Below are positions 16,170 to 24,951 of a DNA stretch of 48,497 bases, piece by piece. The stretch is taken from assembly GCA_018711995.1 (NCBI GenBank), contig DVHO01000030.1:1-48497 (forward strand), given 5' to 3'. The notes below the pieces were generated by a model. The model worked only from the letters and a program-made list of their open reading frames with translations, had not been told where the DNA came from and did not search any database. The position numbers and the translations under genes were made by a program. Source of the stretch: Candidatus Pelethousia gallinarum (GTDB lineage Bacteria; Bacillota; Clostridia; Christensenellales; CAG-138). Position 1 is the stretch's first letter, and each line of letters starts with the position of its first letter.

Positions 16170-18818
16170 ATGCAGGAATGCAAGCGCACACAACTTTACG
16201 ATGTCCATGTGGCGGCAGGGGCCAGCATGGTGGACTTTGGCGGTTGGGAAATGCCCATTCAGTATCCCACCGGCATTGTGGCGGAACACCTGTATACCCG
16301 GCATGTATGCAGCTTATTCGACGTATCCCACATGGGCCGGCTGCTGATCCAGGGGCCGGAGCGGGTGGCCTTCTTACAGCATGTGCTCACCAGCAACGTG
16401 ATGGCCCTGGACCTGAACAAGGCCCAGTATTGCATCATCCCCAACGAAAACGGCGGGGCTGTGGACGACGCCTATCTGTACAAATTCGAGGAGGATTGGT
16501 TCCTGCTGGTGGTGAACGCCGCCAATAAGGACAAGGACCTGGCCCATCTGGGGGCGCTGGTCAAGGATTTCGACTGCACCATCACGGATATTTCCCCGGA
16601 CTATGCTTCCATCGCCATCCAGGGGCCCAAGAGCAAGGAGCTGCTGCTACAAATGTCCGGCGGCCAGGCCATTACCGAGCCCATGAAGAACGCCCTGAAT
16701 ACCCTGGAGCTGGAAGGAAAGACCGTGCGGGTTGCCAAGACCGGCTATACCGGGGAACCGCTGGGGTATGAGCTGTTCATCGACAGCGCCAACGCCGCCT
16801 GGCTGTGGGACCGGCTGGTGGAGCTGGGGGCCAAGCCTGCGGGCTTGGGCGCCCGGGATACCCTGCGGCTGGAGGCGGGGCTGCCCCTTTACGGCCATGA
16901 GATGGGCCAGGCCCCCGATGGCAGCGAGATCCCCATTTTCGCTGTGCCTCTGGCCAAGTTTGCCGTGAGCTTCTCGGAGCAAAAGGGCAATTATGTGGGC
17001 CGGGCGGCCCTGGAAAAGCAGGCGGAGGCCAACAAGGCCATCCTGAATCGGGATTTCCGGGACCTGTCCGTGCTGCCCAAGCGCATCCAGCCCATCACCC
17101 TGCTGGATCGGGGCGTGATGCGGGCCGGCATGGAGGTTTACAGAGGGGACGTGTGCATCGGCTGGGTCACCAGCGGCACCATGGTGCCCTATTACCAGGC
17201 GGAGGGCGAGGGCTTGGCCACGGTGATCCTAGAGGAGACCGCCAAGCGTTCCATCGGCCTGGCCTACATTGCCAGCGACGTGCTCACGGACGATATGGTA
17301 GAGATCGATGTGCGGGGCAAGCGGCTCAAGGCTGTGGTGCCTGCCTGCCATATGCGGGCGGATGCGCCGCCTTTTGCCCGGCCCATCCTGTACCGGCCGG
17401 AGGCGGCCCCCGCCCAGGCGGACGCCGCGCCCCGGTATGAAAAGGCCGTCAACCTGATCCGGGAGGCCACGGAAAACCACGACTGGCGGCAGAACCGGTG
17501 CATCAACCTGATCCCCTCGGAAAATAGCGCCAGCCGGGCCGTACAGCTGCTGTGCGCCTCGGACCCTGCCTTCCGCTATGCGGAGCATAAAAAGGTAAAA
17601 TCCTTCTACGACGCGGATATCTTCTATTACCAGGGCACCAAGTTCATCGACCGGGTGGAGCAGCTGCTGGTGGAGCAGATGAAGGAATACTTCGGCTGCA
17701 CCGAGGTGGAGACCCGGGTCATCAGCGGCCAGATGTCCAATATGGCCACCTTCTCCGCCCTGATGGATTGGAAGAACCGGCTGGATCGCAAGCACGATCC
17801 CAAGCGCCTGGGCTATGTGATGAACAACCACATCATCAAGGGCGGCCACCTTTCCGCCCAACCCATGGGCGCCCTGCGGGACTATATCGCCATCGACCCG
17901 GTGACCGAACGCCATGCCATCGTGAACTTCCCGGTGTGCAAGGATAACATTTATAAGATCGACGTGGAGGAGACCAAAAAGCTCATCGACCAGTATAAGC
18001 CCGAGCTGATCATCTTCGGCAAGAGCATGGTGCTGCACCGGGAGCCGGTGGCCGCCATCCGCCAGTTTGTGGATCAGCAGGGGATCCCCACCACCATCAT
18101 GTACGATATGGCCCATGTGCTGGGCCTGGTGGGCCCCTACTTCCAGCAGCCCTTCCAGGAGGGCGCGGAGATCGTCACCGGGTCCACCCATAAGACTTTC
18201 TTTGGGCCCCAGCGTGGCGTCATTGCGGTGAACTACCAGAAAGAGGAATTGAAATACGGTCTCTGGGAGACCATCGAACGCCGGGCCTTCCCAGGCAGCG
18301 TATCCAACCATCACCTGGGCACCCAGTTGGGCCTGCTGATGGCTGCCTATGAGATGAACCAGTTCAAGGACGAATACCAGAAGAACATCGTGAACAACGC
18401 CAAGAGCTTCGCCAAGAGCCTCAAGGCCCACGGCCTGGAGGTGGCGGGGGATCCGGCCAACGATTACACCGAGACCCATCAGGTGATCGTGTCCGTGGGC
18501 TACGGGGAAGGCCCCGAGGTAGCGGAGCGGCTGGAGCAAAACAACATCATCGTCAACTACCAGGCCACCCCCGAGGAGGAGGGTTTCACGGCCTCCGGCG
18601 CCTTGCGGATGGGTGTGAGCGAAATGACCCGCTTCGGCTTTGGCCCGGCGGAATTCGACCGGCTGGCCGGCATCATGGCGGACTGCATCCTACGGTGCAA
18701 GGACGTGACCCAAGAGGTGGAGGCCTTCCGCAGCCAGTATACCCAGATGCATTACTGCTTCGACCAGCAGCAGATGCTGGAGGCCCTGGAGGGCTTTTCG
18801 GAAAAGATTGGCCTGTAA
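16170..18818 (+). CDS. gcvT: Fusion protein: glycine-cleavage aminomethyltransferase (T protein) + serine hydroxymethyltransferase-like PLP domain
   Basis: Start at ATG 16170 with GGGAGGAG at 16152-16159; the track ORF starts inside the riboswitch at 16038. Residues ~1-405 are GcvT-like (LYDVHVAAGASMVDFGGWEMPIQY, KTGYTGEPLGYELF). There is an Ala/Pro linker. Residues ~423-882 are SHMT-like (NLIPSENSASRAV, GGHLSAQP, GSTHKTFFGPQRG with the PLP lysine). Confidence 0.85.
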   Translation: MQECKRTQLYDVHVAAGASMVDFGGWEMPIQYPTGIVAEHLYTRHVCSLFDVSHMGRLLIQGPERVAFLQHVLTSNVMALDLNKAQYCIIPNENGGAVDDAYLYKFEEDWFLLVVNAANKDKDLAHLGALVKDFDCTITDISPDYASIAIQGPKSKELLLQMSGGQAITEPMKNALNTLELEGKTVRVAKTGYTGEPLGYELFIDSANAAWLWDRLVELGAKPAGLGARDTLRLEAGLPLYGHEMGQAPDGSEIPIFAVPLAKFAVSFSEQKGNYVGRAALEKQAEANKAILNRDFRDLSVLPKRIQPITLLDRGVMRAGMEVYRGDVCIGWVTSGTMVPYYQAEGEGLATVILEETAKRSIGLAYIASDVLTDDMVEIDVRGKRLKAVVPACHMRADAPPFARPILYRPEAAPAQADAAPRYEKAVNLIREATENHDWRQNRCINLIPSENSASRAVQLLCASDPAFRYAEHKKVKSFYDADIFYYQGTKFIDRVEQLLVEQMKEYFGCTEVETRVISGQMSNMATFSALMDWKNRLDRKHDPKRLGYVMNNHIIKGGHLSAQPMGALRDYIAIDPVTERHAIVNFPVCKDNIYKIDVEETKKLIDQYKPELIIFGKSMVLHREPVAAIRQFVDQQGIPTTIMYDMAHVLGLVGPYFQQPFQEGAEIVTGSTHKTFFGPQRGVIAVNYQKEELKYGLWETIERRAFPGSVSNHHLGTQLGLLMAAYEMNQFKDEYQKNIVNNAKSFAKSLKAHGLEVAGDPANDYTETHQVIVSVGYGEGPEVAERLEQNNIIVNYQATPEEEGFTASGALRMGVSEMTRFGFGPAEFDRLAGIMADCILRCKDVTQEVEAFRSQYTQMHYCFDQQQMLEALEGFSEKIGL

Positions 18819-18896
18819 CCCTTTTACCGTACCCGCCCCAGGGCCGGCACAGGCCCTGGGATAAAACCTGTGAATAAAAATTTGGAGGTATTGATC

Positions 18897-19274
18897 ATGA
18901 AGTATCCCGTTGAGTTGCAGTATTCCAAGTCCCACGAGTGGGTGAAGGAGGAGGACGGCGTGATGGTGATCGGCATCACGGATTTCGCCCAGGACGCCCT
19001 GGGGGACGTGGTGTTCATCAACCTGCCCCAGGAGGGGGACGATGTGACCGCTGGGGAATCCTTTGGTGATGTGGAATCCGTAAAGGCGGTCTCCGAGATC
19101 CTCAGCCCGGTGAGCGGCGTGATCTGCGCGGTGAACGAGGACCTGGCGGACAGCCCGGAATCCCTCAATTCCGACCCCTACGGCGCCTGGATCATCAAGG
19201 TGGAAAATGTGTCCGAGACCGAGGAGCTGTTGGATGCGGCCGCCTACGAGGCCTTCTGCGCCACGGAGGGCTGA
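18897..19274 (+). CDS. gcvH: Glycine cleavage system H protein
   Basis: Start at ATG 18897 with GGAGG upstream. The lipoyl-lysine motif is VESVKAVSEI, and the N-terminus is YSKSHEWV. Confidence 0.9.
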   Translation: MKYPVELQYSKSHEWVKEEDGVMVIGITDFAQDALGDVVFINLPQEGDDVTAGESFGDVESVKAVSEILSPVSGVICAVNEDLADSPESLNSDPYGAWIIKVENVSETEELLDAAAYEAFCATEG

Positions 19275-19275
19275 T

Positions 19276-20592
19276 ATGGGCAGCTACATCCCCTCCACCA
19301 AGGCCCAGCAGCAGGAAATGCTATCCCAGCTTGGGCTACAGGATTTCAAGGGGCTGTATCAGGACGTACCCGCCAGCATGTATCTGGAGCAGGGGCTCAA
19401 TATCCCTGCCGGCATGAGCGAGCTGGAGGTGCGCCGGGCGGTGTCCGCCATGGCCAAGGAAAACCGGGTGTTTTCCACCGTGCTGCGGGGCGCCGGCGCC
19501 TACGACCATTATATCCCCAGCATCGTCAAGTACATCCCCGCCAAGGAGGAATTCCTCACCGCCTATACCCCTTACCAGGCGGAAATGAGCCAGGGGATCT
19601 TGCAATCCATCTTTGAATACCAGACCATGATCTGCGAGCTGACCGGCATGGACGTGTCCAACGCCTCGGTATACGACGGGGCCACGGCAGCCGCCGAGGC
19701 GGCGGCCATGTGCCGGGACCGGAAGCGCACCGTGACGCTGGTGTCCGCCGCAGCCCATCCGGATACCATCAACACCATCCGTACCTATTGCTACGGGGCG
19801 GGGTGTGAGATGCGGCTGGTCCCCCTGCGGGAGGGCAAGACCGATCTGGAAGCCCTCAAGGACATGCTGGCAGCCGATGTGGCCAGCTTCTATGTGCAGC
19901 AGCCCAACTTCTACGGCCTCTTCGAGGACGCCCAGGCCCTGGGCCAGGCGGTGCACGAGGCCGGGGCCATGTATGTGTTGGGCTGCAACCCCATCGCCCT
20001 GGCCATCACCAAGACCCCGGCGGCTTGCGGGGCGGACGTGGCCGTGGGGGAAGGCCAGCCTTTGGGCATGCCCCTTTCCTACGGCGGCCCCTATTTAGGG
20101 TATATGGCCACCACCAAGAAGCACATGCGTAAGCTCCCCGGCCGCATCGTGGGGGAGACGGTGGACAACCGGGGGGAGCGGGCCTTTGTATTGACCCTCC
20201 AGGCCCGGGAACAGCACATCCGCCGGGAAAAGGCCAGCAGCAACATCTGCTCCAACCAGGCCCTGTGCGCCCTGACTGCCGGGGCGTATATGGCCGCCAT
20301 GGGCCCCGAGGGCATGGCGGAGGCCGCCCGGCAGAGCATGGCCAAGGCCCATTATCTGGCGGCGGAACTGTGCAAGCTCCCCGGGGTATCCCTGCGGTAT
20401 CCGGGCGCGTTCTTCCATGAATTCCTGCTGGATATGCCCCAGGCGGACGCCTTGCTTGCCGCCCTGGAGGAAGCGGATATCCTGGGCGGCCTGCCGGTGG
20501 ACGGGGGCGTGCTGTGGTGCGCCACGGAAACCGTGGAAAAGGCCAAGCTGGATCAAACCGTGGCCATTGCAAAGGAGGTGTGCGGGCAATGA
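19276..20592 (+). CDS. gcvPA: Glycine dehydrogenase (decarboxylating) subunit 1
   Basis: Start at ATG 19276, 1 nt after the gcvH stop. TAYTPYQAEMSQGILQSIFEYQTMICELTGMDVSNASVYDGATA is the typical P-protein alpha-subunit signature. Confidence 0.9.
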   Translation: MGSYIPSTKAQQQEMLSQLGLQDFKGLYQDVPASMYLEQGLNIPAGMSELEVRRAVSAMAKENRVFSTVLRGAGAYDHYIPSIVKYIPAKEEFLTAYTPYQAEMSQGILQSIFEYQTMICELTGMDVSNASVYDGATAAAEAAAMCRDRKRTVTLVSAAAHPDTINTIRTYCYGAGCEMRLVPLREGKTDLEALKDMLAADVASFYVQQPNFYGLFEDAQALGQAVHEAGAMYVLGCNPIALAITKTPAACGADVAVGEGQPLGMPLSYGGPYLGYMATTKKHMRKLPGRIVGETVDNRGERAFVLTLQAREQHIRREKASSNICSNQALCALTAGAYMAAMGPEGMAEAARQSMAKAHYLAAELCKLPGVSLRYPGAFFHEFLLDMPQADALLAALEEADILGGLPVDGGVLWCATETVEKAKLDQTVAIAKEVCGQ

Positions 20593-21989
20593 AGCTGATC
20601 TTTGAAAAGAGTGTGCCGGGCCGCAAATGCAGCCTGTTGCCCCCCTGCGACGTGGCCCCTGTCGCCCTGCCGGAAGGCATGGAGCGGGAAGCCCCGCCCC
20701 GGCTGCCAGAGCTGAGCGAGACCGACATTTCCAGGCACTATACGGAGCTGAACCAGCGGGTACACGGGGTTAATTGCGGCTTCTATCCCCTGGGCTCCTG
20801 CACCATGAAATACAACCCCCGTATTGACGAGGAGATGGCTGCCCTGCCTGGGTTCACCCAGATCCATCCCCTGGCCCCCGCCCATACCACAAAGGGCTGT
20901 CAGGCGGTGTTGGATATGGCCAAGCAATACCTATGCGAGATCACCGGCATGGACGATATGACCTTCCAGCCCGCTGCCGGCGCCCACGGGGAGTTTACCG
21001 GCGTAATGCTGATCAAGGCCTATCACGACGCCCGGGGAGACGGGAAGCGCACCAAGATCATCGTGCCGGATTCCGCCCATGGCACCAACCCGGCCACCGC
21101 CAATATGTGCGGGTACACGGTGGTGAACATCCCCTCCGCCCCCAACGGCTGCGTGGACCTGGAGGCCCTCAAAGGGGTGCTGGGAGAGGATACCGCAGGC
21201 CTGATGCTCACCAACCCCAATACCGTGGGCATCTTCGATGAAAATATCCTGGAGATCACCCGGCTGGTCCATGGGGCCGGCGGCCTGTGCTACTATGACG
21301 GGGCCAACCTGAACGCCATCATGGGGGTGGTGCGGCCCGGCGACATGGGCTTTGACTGCATCCACATGAACCTGCACAAAACCTTTGCCACCCCCCACGG
21401 CGGCGGCGGCCCAGGGGCCGGCGCAGTGGGCTGCAAGGCCCATTTGCAGGCCTATTTGCCCAAGTCCGCCGCCATGGACGGGGAAGCGGATCTGCAGGTG
21501 CGCAGCTTTGCCGGCAACTTCCTGGTGGTGGTAAAGGCCCTCACCTACATCATGACCCTGGGCCGGGAGGGAATCCCCGAGGCGGCGAAAAACGCGGTGC
21601 TCAACGCCAACTATCTGATGGCGGGTATCAAGGGCACCTTTGACGTGGCCTTCGACCGGATCTGTATGCATGAGTTTGTGCTGGATCTAAGCGAATATAA
21701 AAAGCAGACGGGGGTTTCCGCCCTGGATGTGGCCAAGTCCCTCATCGATTATGGAATGCATCCTCCCACCATGTACTTCCCCCTGATCGTCCACGAGGCC
21801 CTGATGCTGGAGCCCACCGAGACCGAAAGCAAGGAGACCCTGGATTGGGCGGCAGAGATATTCCGCCAGCTGTACCAGCTGGGGAAGGAAAACCCGGAAT
21901 ACATGCATGAAGCCCCCCACGCCGCCCAGATCGGCCGGCCGGACGAGGTGAAGGCGTCCCGGGAGCCGGTGCTGCGCTACGGGTTCTGA
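20589..21989 (+). CDS. gcvPB: Glycine dehydrogenase (decarboxylating) subunit 2
   Basis: Start at ATG 20589, overlapping the gcvPA stop (ATGA). FYPLGSCTMKYNP and HMNLHKTFATPHGGGGPG (PLP lysine) are typical of the beta subunit. Confidence 0.9.
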   Translation: MKLIFEKSVPGRKCSLLPPCDVAPVALPEGMEREAPPRLPELSETDISRHYTELNQRVHGVNCGFYPLGSCTMKYNPRIDEEMAALPGFTQIHPLAPAHTTKGCQAVLDMAKQYLCEITGMDDMTFQPAAGAHGEFTGVMLIKAYHDARGDGKRTKIIVPDSAHGTNPATANMCGYTVVNIPSAPNGCVDLEALKGVLGEDTAGLMLTNPNTVGIFDENILEITRLVHGAGGLCYYDGANLNAIMGVVRPGDMGFDCIHMNLHKTFATPHGGGGPGAGAVGCKAHLQAYLPKSAAMDGEADLQVRSFAGNFLVVVKALTYIMTLGREGIPEAAKNAVLNANYLMAGIKGTFDVAFDRICMHEFVLDLSEYKKQTGVSALDVAKSLIDYGMHPPTMYFPLIVHEALMLEPTETESKETLDWAAEIFRQLYQLGKENPEYMHEAPHAAQIGRPDEVKASREPVLRYGF

Positions 21990-22082
21990 GCCCGGGTAAA
22001 TCCATCCAACCTTACGCCATGGCATCCGGGGCCGGGCCGGCGGCCTGCCCCGGAATTTCATTTACATAAGGAGAACGGCAAT

Positions 22083-23471
22083 ATGTACGATATTTGTATC
22101 ATCGGCGGCGGCCCCGCAGGCTATGTAGGGGCGATCCGGGCAGCCCAGCTGGGCTTTACGGTGGCCCTGTGCGAGGAGCGGGATCTGGGCGGAACCTGCC
22201 TGAACCGGGGCTGCGTGCCCACCAAGGCCCTGATGCACGCGGCGGACGCTTACCGGAGCCTGTCGGCCATGGCCAGCATGGGGGTGTACCCGGGCCAGGC
22301 GTCCTTTGACTATGCCAAGATCCACGCCTATAAGCAGGCCACCGTGGATGAGCTAAGGGCGGGGATCCAGCAGCTGCTCCAGGCCAACAAGGTGCAGGTG
22401 ATCCAGGCCCGGGCCCAGGTATTGGCGCCGGGCAAGGTGCAGGCGGGGGAGGAGATCCTGGAGGCCAAGCACATCCTGGTGGCCACCGGCTCCTATCCCA
22501 GCATCCCCCCCATCCCGGGGGCCCGGGAGGATAGGGACGTATGTACCAGCGACGCCCTGCTGGAGGAACCGGACCGGTTTTACCAGCGGCTGATCATCAT
22601 CGGCGGCGGGGTGATCGGGGTGGAGATGGCCAGCGTTTATGCAGGGCTGGGATGCCAGGTGACCATCATCGAGGCCCTGGACCGGCTCTTGCCCATGATG
22701 GACCGGGAGATCAGCCAGAACCTTTCCATGATCCTGAAAAAGCGTGGGATCAGCGTCTACACCGGGGCCACGGTCACGGGCATCGCCCGGGAGGAAACGG
22801 GCTTATGCTGTAGCTTCACCACCAAAAAGGGCGAGGCAACGGCCCTTGGCGACGGGGTGCTGATCAGCGTGGGCCGCCGGCCCAATACCAACGGCTTGTT
22901 TGCCCAGGGCTGCGCCCCCGCCATGGAGCGGGGCTTCATCCAGGTGGACGCCGGGTATCAAAGCAGCATCCCCGGCATCTACGGGGTGGGGGACTGCAAC
23001 GGCAAGATGCAGCTGGCCCATGCCGCCGAGGCCCAGGCCCTGGCCTGCGTGGAGGGGATCGCCGGCAAGACGCCGGCCATCAACCCCAATGTGGTGCCTT
23101 CCTGCGTGTATACGGACCCGGAGATCGCTTGCATAGGCATCACCGCGGACGAGGCCAAGGCCCAGGGCATCCCCGCCCTTACGGGGAAATATGTGATGAA
23201 CGGCAACGCCAAGACCCGGATGGAGCAGGCGGAGCGCAGCTTTATCAAGCTGGTGTTCCATGGGGAGAGCCATGTGCTCCTGGGGGCCCAGCTCATGTGT
23301 CCCCGGGCCACGGATATGATCGGGGAGCTGGCCTGCGGGGTGGTGAACGGCCTGACGGCGGAACAACTGCTGGCCAGCCTGCGGCCCCATCCCACCTTTA
23401 TGGAGGGGGTCACCGAGGCGGTGGAGGCGGCCTTTGGCCATGCCATCCATGTAATGCCCGCCCGGAAATGA
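22083..23471 (+). CDS. lpdA: Dihydrolipoyl dehydrogenase (L protein)
   Basis: 462 aa. It has the FAD motif IIGGGPAGY, the redox-active disulfide CLNRGCVPTK, and a C-terminal HPT..E interface motif (HPTFMEGVTEA). Confidence 0.9.
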   Translation: MYDICIIGGGPAGYVGAIRAAQLGFTVALCEERDLGGTCLNRGCVPTKALMHAADAYRSLSAMASMGVYPGQASFDYAKIHAYKQATVDELRAGIQQLLQANKVQVIQARAQVLAPGKVQAGEEILEAKHILVATGSYPSIPPIPGAREDRDVCTSDALLEEPDRFYQRLIIIGGGVIGVEMASVYAGLGCQVTIIEALDRLLPMMDREISQNLSMILKKRGISVYTGATVTGIAREETGLCCSFTTKKGEATALGDGVLISVGRRPNTNGLFAQGCAPAMERGFIQVDAGYQSSIPGIYGVGDCNGKMQLAHAAEAQALACVEGIAGKTPAINPNVVPSCVYTDPEIACIGITADEAKAQGIPALTGKYVMNGNAKTRMEQAERSFIKLVFHGESHVLLGAQLMCPRATDMIGELACGVVNGLTAEQLLASLRPHPTFMEGVTEAVEAAFGHAIHVMPARK

Positions 23472-23548
23472 TCCGTCCCCGTCCGTCTCCGCCCTGGCAA
23501 CAAAACGGATAGGAGCAGGGCGCCTCGTGGCAAAGGTCAAAATATCCC

Positions 23549-23592
23549 ATATGCCGGGAGACTTGCAAACAGGCTCCCGGCATATTATATGT
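23549..23592 (+). terminator. Terminator of the gcv-lpdA operon
   Basis: 12-bp stem atatgccgggag...ctcccggcatat followed by a T-rich tatatgtt. Confidence 0.5.
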
Positions 23593-23704
23593 TGAAAGAC
23601 GGCGCCCCCTGCGCCATGCGCTTGGGCAAAGGGGGAAGATAAGCCGCCGAAAATCCCGGAACGTTGGATATGATTCTCCTACATTCTAGAAAAATAGCGG
23701 CTGG

Positions 23705-23738
23705 TTGACTTTTTTCAGCATACATGGTATTGTATAAT
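23705..23738 (+). promoter_or_regulatory. Candidate promoter for the 23767 gene
   Basis: TTGACT at 23705-23710, a 17-nt spacer, then TGgTATTGT, with an overlapping TATAAT at 23733-23738. The patch is AT-rich. Confidence 0.4.
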
Positions 23739-23766
23739 TATAAGTTATGGATAAGGATGGGCGTCT

Positions 23767-24879
23767 ATGTTCAAACAGCTCACGGTCACCTCTGCCGCTG
23801 AATATGATCGTATCCTGTATGGGCAAATGACGCCCCAAATGGCGGTTTCCTACCTGTTGGAAAACCGGCTCCCCGTCCGTACCTTCAGCGGCGTGCTCCA
23901 GCAGATGTATCCAGGCAAAGACCTGCAAATGCGTCTGGTGGATTTTTTTGTTTCCACAATGCCGGAAGCAAACCCCCAGTCCATCGTCAAAAAGATCAAG
24001 AACTGGCTTTCGGATAAAAACCTGCCCGCTACCCGGCAGGACCTGTTTCGCATTGCCTTTGCCCTGGGGTTTAGCGAAGGCCAGCTGGACTATCTGCTGA
24101 GCATGTGCACCGACTATGGCATCCAGTACCGGGATGGGCATGACGTGGTGTTCGCCTGGTTTTTGCGCAACGGTTACGGTTACCAGGAGGCGGACCGGTT
24201 TTTCCAGCAGCTGCCTCCGGCCCCCGGCCTCAACAGCTGGAGCCAGGCCCAGCAATCCCACTTGACCCGGGAGATCCAAAACGAATTCCTCATGATCCAA
24301 ACCCCGGAGGACCTGCGGCGGTGCTACCTGAAAAACCTGCATTATTTCGGCTCCCTGCATCTTCGGGCCTACTATTATTTCGACAAATTCCTCTCCCTGC
24401 TCATCCATCCGGTACCGGCTTGGCTGGATATCCCGGAGCCCTATTATTCCCTGGAGACGGTGATGCGCACCTATTTATCCATGCACATGCCCTCGGGGAA
24501 AAAACGGGAAAACTATTCCCTGGTCCAGCGGCTGATCAAGCAAAATTGGCCTAATGCCACCTCCCTGAAAAACATCCGCAGCCACAAGGAGGACGTGCCC
24601 CGCAAGCTGCTCCTGCTCTTGTATGTGATCACGGAGGATACCACCGTGGTTTCGGGCGGCCTGCTGGAAGCCCCGGAAACGGAGCTTACCATGCAGGAGC
24701 GGATCGAAGAGCATTGGTGGACCCTAAACGCCATGCTGGCGGATTGCGGCATGGCCCTGCTGGACCCTAGGAACATCAACGACTGGCTGATCCTTTACGC
24801 CATTGGCGCGGCGGGGGAAGAGGAGTCCATGAGCGAACGGCTGGAACAGGTGATCGCCCTGATGTACCAGGACCTATAA
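23767..24879 (+). CDS. Hypothetical protein, no recognised family
   Basis: 370-aa ORF with its own promoter-like region and a downstream bidirectional terminator. Codon usage looks like real coding sequence. I recognise no motif. Confidence 0.65.
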   Translation: MFKQLTVTSAAEYDRILYGQMTPQMAVSYLLENRLPVRTFSGVLQQMYPGKDLQMRLVDFFVSTMPEANPQSIVKKIKNWLSDKNLPATRQDLFRIAFALGFSEGQLDYLLSMCTDYGIQYRDGHDVVFAWFLRNGYGYQEADRFFQQLPPAPGLNSWSQAQQSHLTREIQNEFLMIQTPEDLRRCYLKNLHYFGSLHLRAYYYFDKFLSLLIHPVPAWLDIPEPYYSLETVMRTYLSMHMPSGKKRENYSLVQRLIKQNWPNATSLKNIRSHKEDVPRKLLLLLYVITEDTTVVSGGLLEAPETELTMQERIEEHWWTLNAMLADCGMALLDPRNINDWLILYAIGAAGEEESMSERLEQVIALMYQDL

Positions 24880-24898
24880 GCCCATAGGCGCAGGCAGA

Positions 24899-24930
24899 AA
24901 GCCGCCCGGGGAAGCATCCCCGGGCGGCTT
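24899..24930. terminator. Bidirectional terminator between convergent genes
   Basis: 13-bp stem aagccgcccgggg/aagcat/ccccgggcggctt, flanked by an A-run on the left and a T-run on the right. Confidence 0.6.
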
Positions 24931-24951
24931 GGCTTTCTAGGGCGGCTGGCA

